64,000 nt of DNA from Eledone cirrhosa. Its lineage: Eukaryota. Each line of letters starts with the position of its first letter. Within the stretch, counting starts at the first letter, position 1. The position numbers and the translations under genes are program-made. The stretch covers positions 36,766,001 to 36,830,000 of the forward strand of contig OZ024745.1 in NCBI GenBank assembly GCA_964016885.1, given 5' to 3'. The notes under the pieces are model-generated. The model did not search any database and was not told the origin of the DNA. It worked only from the letters and a program-made list of their open reading frames with translations. Positions 40,861 through 57,054 of the stretch are shown one piece after another.

Positions 40861-41532
40861 AACGAGCATTCTGGCTTAAGACAGACTTTAGATTAGATCA
40901 TGTAAATACAGTTATAAACACCGATTTCCTGTACAACACTGATAGCCCATTAATTCCTTTTAATCGGCTATAATTGTGCGTGAATATTTTAATTTCCTGC
41001 CAGCCACAAGATTATGTAATTTTGATTAGGAATTTATCACATGGCATTAGATTTAATTTTAAGCATTATAGTTGAGGTGTATGAATGTTTCCAGCTTCGT
41101 AATATAAGACCAACAACTCAGATAATACAGCATGGATCTGGAAATATGAGCAACGGAAAATCGGCGTTGTACCTGTATTCAAACGATAGTTTTTCATCTC
41201 TAAACAGGAGATTAATCGTAAGAATATTTATAATCTTATTTCCGTGTGTTGCTTGTAATTACCTGCAATAATAGTTCATTCTTATAATAATATAAGCTTC
41301 AATGTCATTAATTACATATTTTTTTCTATCACGCCGTGATGATGGTTGGTGAAGTGCAATCACGTAAGCGTTAGAAGAGAGGTGAAGTTCGTCTCAACAG
41401 TAGTTCTGAAACGTATTGATGACCTCAAACCTCTTCAGTATACTGTGTCTGTTTATCAAAGAACAGTATTTTCGCTTTCCAATGCTAATCGATTTTCGTA
41501 TAAATCCTAAGGCTACATGCTATTCGGATATC

Positions 41533-43171
<1,639 letters not shown>

Positions 43172-43175
<4 letters not shown>

Positions 43176-43966
43176 CTCCCCTCTTCCGACCAACCCAACC
43201 ACGGATTACACACATTGGACCTCGCTCCCACGAATCAACTCCATCACAAGGAAAATATCCGGCAACCCACCACACCCGCTACAGAACTACCACGGACATA
43301 CACTCACAAAAAATGTTTTTCCCACACGCCACCTACATCCACAATACGTATAAACACCACACACACGTGCGTACCCTCACATATTTACACACTCACCCTC
43401 CGGAATCCTCTCCCCTCTGACATCCCCCCCTCCCCCGCCTCCCTGATCCATGACCCCTCCCCATCCGCACACGCACACACACTGACCTACACCCCACCGC
43501 ACACACACCTTTTCCTGAACATGGAACCCCGTTCTTCCTCCAACTCTCACATTCACATACGCACACACACACACACACACACACGTACACCTACACTCAC
43601 AAACCACCTTCAGCCCTCCCTGCTCGGACACACCGCATCCCTCTCCCCCACTCCACCCGCCACCACCCCTACACGTCCCACACCATTCCACCACTTGTTT
43701 ATCTTCATGTTTATTTATATTTTTATTATTTTTTTTTCGTATCTTTTTTCATTTGTACCACTTCCACCATTTCCTCTCACCCCCTCTTTTCTAAATGTCT
43801 CTCCCCCACTCCCCTACACACCCTTGGAACTCTCTTCCCACACACTTTCCGCCTGAAGAAGTGCTTATGCCCGAAACGTCGTTCCCCACCACCACCCACT
43901 CACAAGAGCGTGAAACTAATAAACCTTTGTTCGTACTGCCTCTCTGTTTTGTTCCCGTTCCATTTT

Positions 43967-43970
<4 letters not shown>
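43172..43970 (+). mobile_element. C/A-rich PLE 3' region (pLTR) with a minimal HHR motif at ~43852-43881
   Basis: CTGAAGA-agtgc-ttat-gccc-GAAAC-GTC, AATAAA at 43918, (TA)n on both sides; composition like the 62900-63150 tail. Confidence 0.6.
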
Positions 43971-43992
<22 letters not shown>

Positions 43993-44001
<9 letters not shown>

Positions 44002-44309
44002 AAAAAGAGATGAAATCGAAAATGCAACTGGAGTCTTATTTTTAAAAAAATATATATATTTATTTGGTTCCTTTACCGGTTTCGCAGTTCTTCTGCTTTT
44101 CAAAAGTAGAGTTGAGATGGAGGGTCTGTGGTTTTTCTCACATATAAACAGAAAAACTCATGTGAGAAAAACCACAGAACCTCCATCTCAACTCTACTTT
44201 TGAAAAGCAGAAGAACTGCGAAACCGATAAAGGAACCAAATAAATATATATATATTTTTTTAAATAAGACTCCAGCTGCATTTTCGATTTCATCTTTTTT
44301 TCTTTATAC
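43993..44309. repeat. Fold-back (arms ~150 bp) with a U3:A8 HHR in each arm (44071-44106 on -, 44197-44232 on +)
   Basis: Minus arm: ctt-TTGAAAA-gcag-aagaa-ctgc-GAAAC-CG-GTA^aag, then AATAAA. The plus arm has GAAACCGATA. Confidence 0.8.
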
Positions 44310-44362
44310 TTCCACTCGTGTAGGACACCTCGGTTATTTTTCATTTTGTAAAAAAACCTCAC

Positions 44363-44427
<65 letters not shown>

Positions 44428-45066
44428 AAGTCCATAGAATCATTAGATAAAATATATACATTATTTCTTCTCCCAATCAGCATAAATTAACCACACAAAA
44501 AATCATTCAAAGGAGTCTATAGGTTTAAAATATACTTATGAAGAAATAGTAGATAAATGATACAGCTCTTTATCCGCGATTCACAGCTATGGAACATTTA
44601 CCCATTATTTCTAATAGCCTGTAGAAATTGACTAGACATATAGTTAACCATACATAATTAGTTGCAAAATCAAAGTTAGAAGAAAAAATGCACATAAACA
44701 TACCAAACTCATCAATACATCCGGCAGTTTTATTCCGTTTTGGGATATATCCGATCTTGGATAAATCAACGAGGTTAGAAATCATCAAGAGATAAAATCA
44801 ATTGGTCAAAGATTTTTCTTACATGATCCCCGCCAGAAACGAATTCAAAATGGCTATGAATCGTCACATGGCTAGTGGTCAAGGCAGAAAGTTTGTGATT
44901 GGTGCCTGTCGGCGAGTAGGCTGGTTGCTAGAAAGCGCAGCCGAATACTGCCTAAAGTTTTACTCAACGTTACGGGAGTATATCAAATTTAAAGGTCATA
45001 TACATATAAACTAGACAAGGCCATAGAAATATACATATATGTTTTTGGCAATCATTCACAGTGTGA

Positions 45067-45183
<117 letters not shown>

Positions 45184-47959
45184 AAAAGAGTCAGGATTCC
45201 GACAGATGAGCTCCGGCCGTTTCGAACTTTTCCTTTACCTACTCTATTACCCTAAGTATCGAGTACTCAGGTGCGTTGTGGTCCACCTGGTATTTTCCCA
45301 CACTTTCTTTGTTATATATATATATGGGTTTAATCGACATCCAGTGATTTCGATCTCGCTGTTTACAATTAGCTCGATAAATTCATTTGGAACACACGCA
45401 AAGTATCAATTGTAAGACAGCATTCACAGCCAGAAGCTTAAGTTGTGTAACTATTTTATTGTCATATTAACATATAAAAACATTAAAGTACTCTCAAGTT
45501 CATCAATTGGAGCAGCCAGTATCCTCCTAGTTTAGCACACAAAATTCCGCCGGGGTATAAAAGTCCACGTCCAAGTTGGTACTGTTCTGTTTTGAATTCC
45601 GTGGAGAATTCCCTGGTCATCGATTAATAATTGTTTCTACTTTAGGCACAAGGCCAGCAATTACTCAGTGCATTATAAATCCATAACCAGGAAATTCACG
45701 ACAAGGTTAATTTCATCAGCCAGAAGTCCATTGGGGTGTTTCCCATAATCGACTTTACTACTAAATGTTCAAGTGCCGGTATCCTACTCGGTCATGAAGT
45801 TACAGCAGCAGTGACTGACTGGTAGGGGCTGGTGGTAAGGCTTTAATAAGTCACCATGCCTTCATCAATATGGAGCACCCTACCGTCATTTCAGAAACAA
45901 TTTCGTCTGTTAATTATAATAATAAGGGTTTATATCGATATCCAGTGATTTCAATCTCGTTTGTTAAAATTTGCTCAACAAATTCATTTGGAAAACTCGC
46001 ATAAGATCAATTATATATATATATATATATATTTATCAATTATATATTTATTTATGAATATATACATATATATATATGGGGGGGGGGTATGTGTGTGTAT
46101 GTGTTTAGGTTCGTCTGTCAACCTGTCTGTCTATCAATCCATTCTTCCATATAACTATTATGTTTATTCATTTGTGTCTTCGCTGCTAATTTATACACAT
46201 GCAAATATACACACAGTTACACACATATATACATACATATGCGCATGCACATATATAAAATACACACATACACACGCATATAAACATATGTATATACATA
46301 GAATGCTGGCAAAAACAAATCATGAAAATACAACAAAAACACATGTACTAAAATAGTTCTATATATACATATATATATAATTACGATGTATCAATATTGA
46401 GAGAGGGATGAAGCAATATATTTGAAGCAATAGGTAATGAGTCTCAAGGAGGGGTAAGGATAATTTCAAGAAATTGAAATATATTCTCTAATAAATTCGT
46501 AGGGAAGCGTTACCGAATTAATCATAAAATATATAAGCAGAAATATATGTAGATGCTGTAATTGCTGCTCTTGCTGTTATTCAAAAGCATTCTTATCGAG
46601 ATCCTCCTGTCTTTTTCTTGTCAGACATGACGTGGCCTTCCATTTTTAAGATGATATGAGGGAGATTTGGTTGCTATCTCTAGCAACCACTTTATCGCCC
46701 ATTCAATGGCGCAGACAACAGATATATATTTGTTGCAAACAATCCGATTGGGTCTTCGATTTGAATGTACCTCTGCCTCTTTCCAATCTCTCCCTCTTTC
46801 CAATCTCTGAAGCCCTTCCTGTCATTGATTAAATAGTAAAAAAACGTACGTTATTCTGTTTGTATATAAAATGATAAATAATTGTTAAATAGAATAAATA
46901 TATTTAATATTTGAATGTTTATTTTGATGTTTTCCCAATGAAAAAATATTAAGAATATTAGACATCAACTAATAATATTTTAATATATTTTCTATCGCTA
47001 TATATTTGATCTTCCATTACTGTGTTTAATATTCCAAGTACTATGTATGTATAAATGAAATGATAATGTACCATTGTGAAATAAATAAAACTCTCTCTGG
47101 ATATTTACTTTCGAAGAAAAATAGTATCATCATTTATATCACAATCATTATCCTCATCATTATCGTATGTCATCGATCACATTTTTCCACTTCCGGTAGA
47201 GGGTAAAAGAATATTGTGAGTTCTCAATTGCAGAGAATTGGGGGAGAAAGAGAGTGGGGAAAGGGGACACAGAAAGAGACAGAGAAGTCTGCACAGCATT
47301 TAACTGTTACTCTGTTTTATCACTTCCGGGAGAACGGAATCCAAAGTTGAGCTCGGTGTGGTTTTCTCTCAGAACGCAAACACTCGGAACAGATACCGCA
47401 TGTCGAATGTCTCTTCCTCCAACGGAAGAATAGCGGGAGGCTACGTGTAGCAATAACATCCCAACGTCACAAGATGGTGGGGATAAGCTGAAAACTGAAG
47501 AAGGATGGGAAAAATGGTAAAAAAAGATAGAGTAGGCAAAAAAAAGAAAACAAAATGATCCCAGACAAAAGGCAATCAAGAGGGTGAAGATTCCTCAAAA
47601 AGAGGAGTATCTAATCCAGTTATCTCCAAACTTTTTAGGCAATCAACGTCTTCATGGAATCCCTTAACCATACGTATTTTCATTATTTAAACAAATGACA
47701 GGTTTTGACCTAAAAGTTCAAATAATCCCTGCTGGTCGATATCACCCATTTATGAACCGCAAGCCTAAAATTCACAATAATATACTAGAAAAAAAAAGAA
47801 TTTTCGAGGACTGCTGAAGAAGTAAATGATATACAGATACACTAATTTGAGAGGAGATAGGATATGGAAATCATACCAGATGTCTATATGTATAGAGAGA
47901 AAATTAAATTTTTTACCCACCCGAAACCGTTTTTCTTACTATTTAGCGTGTTAGTGCTA

Positions 47960-48610
47960 TCAGACGGAGCTATCTGAGATGCATAGCGACGAAACAGTTT
48001 TGCACGCACTCGTTCAGAATCTGAGCATTACTGACTTTTGTCGAACAATTATTCGCGCATGTGGATTTCCATCGTGAAGACACTCCGTCATCTTTCGAGG
48101 GACGGGAAGGGCAGGCTGTTTTCCTCTGTCTGGTGGATGTAGCGAAAGAGGTTTTGTAACGGACGCGGCTGAAAGGACTGAAACAGCCACTTTCCTCTTT
48201 GACCAAGCCCCCATCAGCTTTTTCAAGTTCCACTTAGAAAGTAAGGTGAGGGTGGAAAGGGAAGGGCTGTACTCCACCCCTACCAGTGCATTTGTTAAAT
48301 GGCGGATGCATGTAGTGAAGATTGCCTGAGTGAATAGGCCTATTCTGGAACATGCAGACTAGAGAGTTCGGAGAGGGAGGCATCTTCCAATAGTGTTCTT
48401 GGTAATTAGTGAGGCTTTGTGGATATGTGGGCGTCCTAAACTAACTCTGGTAGAGGATGTCCCTTATTGTGTAATTCTGTTGAATTCATTGTTATTTTGT
48501 TACCTGTTTTCTTTGTTTACATGATTAATTACGTAAATCCACTGTTCTTGTCCATGTGTGTTGTCCCTTGCTTTTCGGACCTAGTGGCCAATAAACAAAG
48601 AATTATTACT
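47960..48610 (+). mobile_element. Degenerate Tx1-like LINE 3' end
   Basis: RC.SDETVLHALVQ (decayed CCHC), AVFLCLVDVAKEVL*RTRLKGL, FFKFHLESKVRVERE; 3' UTR ending cctagtggccaataaa..(att)n, similar to 4930-4970. Confidence 0.6.
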
Positions 48611-48997
48611 GTATTTTTGTCTACTTTCGTAACCTATCGTTTTTAATACCTGATGTTTGGTTTTTTTTAATAATCGATTTTCTGTAAACACTCATCGTTA
48701 TTTTGATGTGTTCTTTTAATGACCCTTTCATCCGTCACTTTTGTGGCAAATAAAATAAACTCTGTTTTTATCATTATCATCACGATCACCATCGTCATTA
48801 TCATCATTATTCGTCATCAACATTAATATTGTTATTATTATTATTATTATTATTGTTATTATTATTATTACATTTTTACATATTGAAAAGAAAAATAAAT
48901 AGAATATTTTCAGAAAATTGATTAAACTCCATATCAACCGGACAGGCAATCTAAGTATCTATTTATCTAGCAAGCTATCTGACTGACTATCTGCCAA

Positions 48998-49052
<55 letters not shown>

Positions 49053-49180
49053 TTAATATAGATGAGATTCTACAGGACTAGAACTGTTTCATTCATTAGA
49101 AATCATCAGGAATCATTATACTCTGCTATGTATTGAGTACCTTACTTACTGTGGTTACCTCCGATTCAACCCGGAATAAC

Positions 49181-49231
<51 letters not shown>

Positions 49232-49287
49232 GTGTGTGTATGGGTGTGTGTGTGTGTATAAAGAGAGAGAGAGATGGATAAATAGAC

Positions 49288-49334
<47 letters not shown>

Positions 49335-49501
49335 TGTGTGTTTGTCAATCTAGCTGTTTGTCTATCTAACTATCAATCTATCTGTCTTTCAATCAATAAG
49401 TTTACCTTCATTTATATCTTTCAACCTATCTATTTGTTTTACTTATTATTTGTATCAAATACTCAATCTGCCTATCGATCAGTATGTATACATACATATA
49501 T

Positions 49502-49583
<82 letters not shown>

Positions 49584-49943
49584 GTATGTGTATATATATA
49601 TATATATGTGTGTGTGGGTGTGGGTGTGGGTGTGAGTGTGGGTGTGTGTGTGTATGTATGTATAGATGTGTGCGTGTGCGCGCGTTTGTTTATGTGTGTG
49701 TTTGCATGTATGTGTGTCAATGTGTGTGTGCGTTTAAGCGCATATATATCTAAGAATTTTTACTAATGTTTATTTAATTTCTCTGTTGCAAATTGCAATA
49801 TTCAAAAGCAACAGTACAGACACAAACAAACAAATGCAGACACATTCAAATATTCACACACAAACATGAGCTCGAAACCATATATGTGCACATACTTATA
49901 TGTGTACATACATAGACAAGCATAAATGTAAAAAATATACATG

Positions 49944-49985
<42 letters not shown>

Positions 49986-50065
49986 TATATATATGAATAT
50001 ATATATATGTATATATACATACATATATATAAGTATATATATACATATATATATGAATATTTATG

Positions 50066-50194
<129 letters not shown>

Positions 50195-50338
50195 GTGTAC
50201 TTTTTACATTGGTGCGTATATATGCATACATACGAACATTCACAAACGTATGCATACACGCGTTTTGATTTGCAAATATATTATATATTATATCCTGCTA
50301 AAACTTCATACGTCTGTAAACGTATGTACATGGATATA

Positions 50339-50369
<31 letters not shown>

Positions 50370-51031
50370 CTGTATGGGAAAGCAAATAAGAACAACAATG
50401 AAAATTTTTGATTATACAATATTTATTTCCAAAGAAATATTCAATAACTTTGGAAAAACATCTGCCTTGCTATTTGAAAAGAGAAAAAGTTAGAACGAAA
50501 CCAGCAAATATCTTTGTTAATGTAGAAAATGATTATTTAACAAAAACATTAATTTCATTCCTCCACTTCCCATCTCTCTCTCTCTCTCTCACTCTCTCTC
50601 TCTCTCTCTCTTTCTCTCTCTATCTCTCTCTTTCTCTCTCTATCTAGCTATCTCTCTCTCTCTCTATCTCTATCTCTCTATCTCTCTCTCACTCTCTCTC
50701 TCACACTCTCTCTCACTCTCTCTCACATTAATTTCATTCCCTCATTTACCATCTCTCTCTCTCTATCTCTCTCTATCTCGCACTCTCTCTATCTCTCTCA
50801 CACACACTCTCTCTCTCTCCATCACCCACCCTCTCCCTCTCTCTCTCTCATTCTCCCTCTTTCATTCTCTCTCTCGCACTCTATCTATCTCTGTCTCTCA
50901 ATCTGTCTAACTCCTTGTCTGTCTGTATTTCGCTTTGTATATCTCAGTGATTTTGTTCTCATTTGTCATTCCGCCACTCTCTACCTCTCTGTCCAATCTA
51001 TCCATTTATACATCTATTATCTATTTATCTG

Positions 51032-51058
<27 letters not shown>

Positions 51059-51065
<7 letters not shown>

Positions 51066-51570
51066 TAATGAAATGACAGGAGGCTGGACTTGTGTAAATC
51101 CTTGAAAGGTTTATTATACTATGATCATTTCAATGACTGGATTCCGTATGAATCCGATGATATCATCAGGTATTCGAAATATAATAAATGAATGCAATAG
51201 ATAAAATCCATGGGGCTGAAAATCAAGAAGATGATGGAAGATGGTGGATGGCGGTCGTCCTCCGGTCTTTGATTTTCATCCCCATGGATTTTATCTATTG
51301 CATTCACTTATTATATTTCGAATACCTGATGATATCACCGGATTCATACGGAAACCGGTCATTGAAATGATCATAGTATAATAAACCTTTCAAGGATTTA
51401 CACAAGTCCAGCCTTCTGTCATTTCATTATAATATTTAACTCCGTACTAGCACCACCAACTACACAAACAAAGACGGTTGAACTGCTTTACGTTGAGTAC
51501 TCTCCATATTATTACATTAAGATTGACCATACGGAATTGACCAGCTCTATCCAGTGGTGAACCTCAAACC

Positions 51571-51573
<3 letters not shown>
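51059..51573 (+). mobile_element. pLTR-like island with a 168-bp fold-back (51059-51226 / 51269-51436) and an HHR motif at 51321-51364
   Basis: CTGATGA...GAAAC-CG-GTC then AATAAA; stems I and II imperfect; (TA)n on both sides. Confidence 0.75.
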
Positions 51574-51645
<72 letters not shown>

Positions 51646-51871
51646 TAATAATAATAAATTCGAAGACTAAAGCAGAAGATCCCGTTAAGGGTAAAAGCAG
51701 CGATTCTTTGCTTAAACTTTAATCTGTTATTTTAATAAATAAATAAATATATATATATATATATATATACATATATAGTAGAACACTAGAGGGTTATATT
51801 CGTAGTAGTAGTACTCAGTCCATGGGACGAGTTTGTTAGAATTAGTTCCACAATAGTTAGTTCACCATACA

Positions 51872-51908
51872 GAGAACAAATGTTTCACCTTATGCGGATC
51901 TTCAGCTC
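51872..51908 (-). ncRNA. Minimal type I hammerhead ribozyme
   Basis: Minus strand: gag-CTGAAGA-t-cc-gcataa-gg-t-GAAAC-ATTT-GTT^ctc. Confidence 0.7.
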
Positions 51909-52059
51909 GGTCTCAATGAAGCTGTACAGAAAAGGAAAAAGAACCGTATGAATACGCAGAACGCTCTGCGCGTGCGTATTCGTATAAATATATTCCTTTT
52001 CGATCGACAATGTTTCTGGTGGTCTTTCCAATTGCTAATTCTATCTATCGGTCGCAACT

Positions 52060-52195
52060 CCAGGTAGGAGGAGCAGCGGGAAATAAAGTGTCTTGCCCAA
52101 GGACATAACGCATCGCCCGGTCCAGGAATCGAACCGACATCCTCACGATTGCGAATCCAGTTCTCTAACCAATCAACACGTCACACGCCTTCACA
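52060..52195 (-). mobile_element. tRNA-derived SINE, family C
   Basis: Minus-strand B box GGTTCGATTCC, then cttgggcaagacacttt. Confidence 0.7.
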
Positions 52196-52199
52196 AAAA

Positions 52200-52255
<56 letters not shown>

Positions 52256-52286
52256 AGACTATTATCTCTCTCTCTCTATGTATATG

Positions 52287-52332
<46 letters not shown>

Positions 52333-52439
52333 ATAATCTTATTCAATCTGTAGGTGGGTCCGTTTAGGTATAGTACGTGGTGGTATAAATTTGGTATTAT
52401 ACTATGGTCGGTTTCCTTCATAAGATGGTGTAATATTAA

Positions 52440-52615
52440 TAATTGTTTCTACTTTAGGCCTAAGGCCAGCAAATACCCAGTATATTACTGGTACTTTATT
52501 TTATCGACCCCGTAAAGATGAAAGGCAAAGTCAACCTCGGCGGGATTTGAACTCAGAATGGCAAGGGCCGTAACTCTATGCGTCAAAGCATGGTGTCCGA
52601 CCCTCTACCGATATT
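52440..52615 (-). mobile_element. SINE family A copy
   Basis: ctggtactttattttatcgacccc...gatgaaaggcaaagtcaacctcggcgggatttgaactcagaa. Confidence 0.75.
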
Positions 52616-52621
52616 AATAAT

Positions 52622-52875
52622 AAGTAGGAACGAGGTGTCAGTTTATTCAGGTGTGACGCGCTTTTCGCCATTTATCCGCTCAAGGTTCGAGCTATATCGA
52701 TCAGGCCCGGCTCTGGAATCAGTAGCTTATCAGACTCTTGGGTTAGTTAATTAGCTATTGATTCCAGAGTCGAGCCTGGTCGATACAGATCCAGCCTTAA
52801 GCTGATCTATCGCGAAACGTATGTCACACCTGAATAATCGTAGTGATGATACTCTGACACCTTGTTCCTACCTAT
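52622..52875. mobile_element. Diverged fold-back of the 19737-19915 HHR family
   Basis: Minus arm: gt-CTGATAA-gcta...tcgaaccttgagc...tggc-GAAA-agcgcGTCac..AATAAA. Plus arm: ...gagtcgagcctggtcgatacagatc...gcGAAACGTATGTCac. Confidence 0.75.
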
Positions 52876-52937
52876 TCTTAATTAATTATATATATCTCTC
52901 TCTATATATATATATCCATATATATATATATATATAT

Positions 52938-53377
52938 TAGGTATAGGATTATCCAAGATGTAGTGATGGTTAATTACTACACTGGATATGGTTGACGTAC
53001 GGTAAGAGGTTACTCTACAAGTTATGGAAGAATTGTTCAAGAAACTTAGTTCTTGATCCTTCAGTATTCCGGAGTGTATATAAAGAATGAATAATAACAG
53101 GTAGACATCATAAAAAGGTAGTTTATTCCGTGTGCTTACAAGTGTTTCCACGGTGGTACTGCAGCCTAGTTCCGCTACGTGCAAATTCACAAGTATTTGC
53201 AGAACTCGAATATCCAATGCTGTGACCACAGTGGTCACAGCATTGGATATTCGAGTTCTGCAAATACTTGTGAATTTGCACGTAGCGGAACTAGGCTGCA
53301 GTACCACCGTGGAAACACTTGTAAGCACACGGAATAAACTACCTTTTTATGATGTCTACCTGTTATTATTCATTCTT

Positions 53378-53383
<6 letters not shown>
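52938..53383 (-). mobile_element. pLTR-like island ending in a perfect 307-bp palindrome (53077-53383, centre 53230)
   Basis: Identical ORF translations on both strands; each arm has the HHR 3' half GAAAC-ACTT-GTA and AATAAA. Confidence 0.85.
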
Positions 53384-53411
<28 letters not shown>

Positions 53412-55063
53412 GAAAAAAGTAAATGTTAAGAAGCATATATTAATAGGTACCTAGAATTATACAAATAAAAATATCTGTTGCACGAAATCAGTAGTTTTGG
53501 CAGAAGTGTGTATAAAAGGGGGGAAGGAGATTAGACAGAGAAAAAGAAGTAAAGAGGAAGAAAAAGAAGTAAAGAGGAAGAATTCATCCATTTCTTGTCT
53601 TTTAAAAAATCCTTATAAAACCACTATTTAAATATTTTATGTGACAAACAAATTGTATTCACAAAGCTGGTTTGAAACCTATTCATGATTACATAAATAC
53701 GAAAAAGAAAGATAAAAGCAAAATTAAGTAATGAGGAAAAGGGGAAGGGGTGAAGAAGGGCAGATCTGGCTGTATGGGTGCGAACCGGTACGAAGGGGAA
53801 GCAGCTGGAAAATCCCCAGTATTTGTTTTTTTTCTTGTCCTCTGCATTGCGGACCTCAGTACCGGGGTTTGTGACTGAAACGACTAAATTGAAGGCAGAG
53901 AACGTGACACATGTGGCGTCCCAGATGAGAGACTACCTCCTTTGAATGGGAAGTGGGTAATTCCGTCGGGGTACTTGCCGTCTTCGCGGTCAAGGCCTGG
54001 CTGGGAGACTAAAATAATCACCTTCCTTTCTTCGCCATTAAATTGATGAATGTAACCTTATGACATTCTTGACTGGCGATATTTACTTCTCATAGTACTT
54101 TTGTGCAGCAATAGAAAGGTGCCTTATCGCTATCTTCCGCCTTGTATTTTTGTCGACGAGAAAAAAATTAGTTTTCCACCCGGATCTAAGCTTTTGCTAC
54201 ATAAAGGGCTTGAACAGCTACTTGAAAGCATTTTGTCTAACGCTCAATTTATTCCGTGAATCTACCGCGGAAGACTAGTATTTTGTTTTACCATCCCCGG
54301 AAGGACGAGGGGTAAATATTTCTTCTGGGTTATTTGAATTCCGAATGTAAAAGACTATAGCTTAATGTTGCAATGCATTTCCTTAGAACTAAAACAAATG
54401 CGTTATTGCATATGGAAAAAATAAACAATTACTGGTATGAGAATTGTTCTGAGTATAAGGGAATTTTCATTAACTCTTACCATTTCTCTACATGTCGATT
54501 TATCTCTATAACTGTCTAATTCAATACCCATCTATTCGTTTGTATGTGTTTACACTTATTTTCTTGTCTGTTTGTCAGTATTCATATATATTAATTTATT
54601 TCTCGCCCTCCGTTTTAACCCTCCCACTCACTCACTACTTCTCCCTTTCCTCTTCTGCTCTCACTCCCTTTCTCTCTACTTCTCTCTCAGTCTCTCTCTC
54701 TCTATATATATAGATAGAGAGAGGGATAAAATATATTGATATAGATAAAGATAAACATACATACATACATACATATATATATACATTTAGTTCTGTATCT
54801 GTAAGTGATAATACAACGAACATAAAGAACTCATTGGTGTGGTAGAATTATTATTGAATATATGGGGTTATAGTTCCACCTTTACAATATTCCGTTACTC
54901 AGGGTTTCATGTCTTTATCATTGGACGTTCATCATATGGCGTTTGTAATTGGTTTCAATCATTGTATTATATATATATATATATATATGGCCTTCTTTTT
55001 ATTTATCTAATGACACGTATACACACACACACATACACACACACACACACATATATATATAGT

Positions 55064-55139
<76 letters not shown>

Positions 55140-55597
55140 TGCACATGTTCTAAGCAACTACACATTGATCTATACGCCACCAAACCACCAAAAACACATA
55201 TCACCACACACACATATTCCATACCCGAACATCATACACACTAAACAGAGTAAAACCTGCCGCTAACCCCCTCCTCTAGTACCACTACTCTATAACCACA
55301 TTCATTTCTTTTCTGACCTCAAAGACAATGGAGTAAACATGTTTATAGTACAATAGAAGATTTTCCCGCTATCTATTTACTATAACAATCAAAACATAAA
55401 GTCTGCTTGCTGTTTATTTAAGCCTTTATCTACTTCCAAATTATTGCTTTTTGTAAATTTTCAAATTGATGAGTTGTTCGTTCAATTTTATATTATTTTG
55501 CTTCTTTCATGAATCTGTACGTATCTCTACCTAGTCTCCTCATCTTTCATTATACATACATTCATATACACACTAATGTATACATTTATGTGTGTGC

Positions 55598-55637
<40 letters not shown>

Positions 55638-55676
55638 TCACACACATTTATGTATACATTAGTGTGTATATGAATG

Positions 55677-55707
<31 letters not shown>

Positions 55708-55714
55708 GAATGTA

Positions 55715-55745
<31 letters not shown>

Positions 55746-55931
55746 ATATATATATCTGTATATATATATATATATACACACACATATATATATATATATG
55801 GGGTTATATGTGTGTATGTAAGTGTATGTACATATATATATATAAATATATATATATAAATATATATATACATATATATATATATGGGCTTGTATGTGTG
55901 TATGTATATATATATATGTGTGTGTGTGTCA

Positions 55932-55997
<66 letters not shown>

Positions 55998-56030
55998 ATA
56001 TACATACATAGGCACACGTGTGTATTTACG

Positions 56031-56083
<53 letters not shown>

Positions 56084-56528
56084 GTATGTTATATATATTT
56101 GCATACATAGACATATGTGTATATATATGCATATATGTATATACATACATATGATTATGTATTAATATATCTGCTTTCACTCCCTCCTTCTTCCTTTTCC
56201 CAATAACTTATTCAGTTATTGACGCCCTGGGGTGAAGTGGTATCTTTTCTTTAAAGCATAGAAATATCCTTAGACCCCCAGTAGACAACTGACGAGGACC
56301 CCCACCCACCCACCCACCACTGTTCTTGCTTTCTTCGTATTCCCACTGCATTTTAAGTTACCTTAAATACCAACTACACAGCCATTTCTATTCTCCATAT
56401 ATTTCATCATATATATCTATATATAAACTATACACAACTTAACTATGTTTATAAGCGTCTCTGATCTAGATATTTTTCGCTATCCTTTCATGTCCCTTAT
56501 ATTAGTGACACAAATTTTTCTTTTCCTC

Positions 56529-56656
<128 letters not shown>

Positions 56657-56657
56657 A

Positions 56658-56928
56658 TGGGATAACAAGTTATCGTTATAGGTAATCCATTTAGAGGTTG
56701 TGAGTAATCTGCTTCGTGGATAGTTTTAACGCACGGCTTTGTTTGACACAACAAGATGCTTCCATAGTTATGCAGCGAGTTCGCGTTGATTCCTATGCAG
56801 GTTATACTTGGAGTAATAATAGTGAAAGAATGAAGAGTAACATGGTTGGCTGTACAATAAGGGCTTTATTTCAAGTATTTGAAATAAAGCCCCTTATTGT
56901 ACAGCCAACCATGTTACTCTTCATTCTT

Positions 56929-56935
<7 letters not shown>
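56658..56935 (-). mobile_element. pLTR-like island homologous to 33424-33640, with a terminal ~115-bp hairpin (56819-56935)
   Basis: atagtgaaagaatgaagagtaacatggttggctgtacaataagggctttatttcaa and its reverse complement; (TA)n on both sides. Confidence 0.8.
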
Positions 56936-57006
<71 letters not shown>

Positions 57007-57054
57007 AAAAGGTTCAGGACCCCTGAATGTAAGTATGTATACATACATACATAC

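Noticed and set aside
48565-48600. U2 snRNA-like 5' sequence at the Tx1 3' end
   Set aside because: Only a loose ~25-nt resemblance, better explained as a LINE 3' stem-loop followed by AATAAA.
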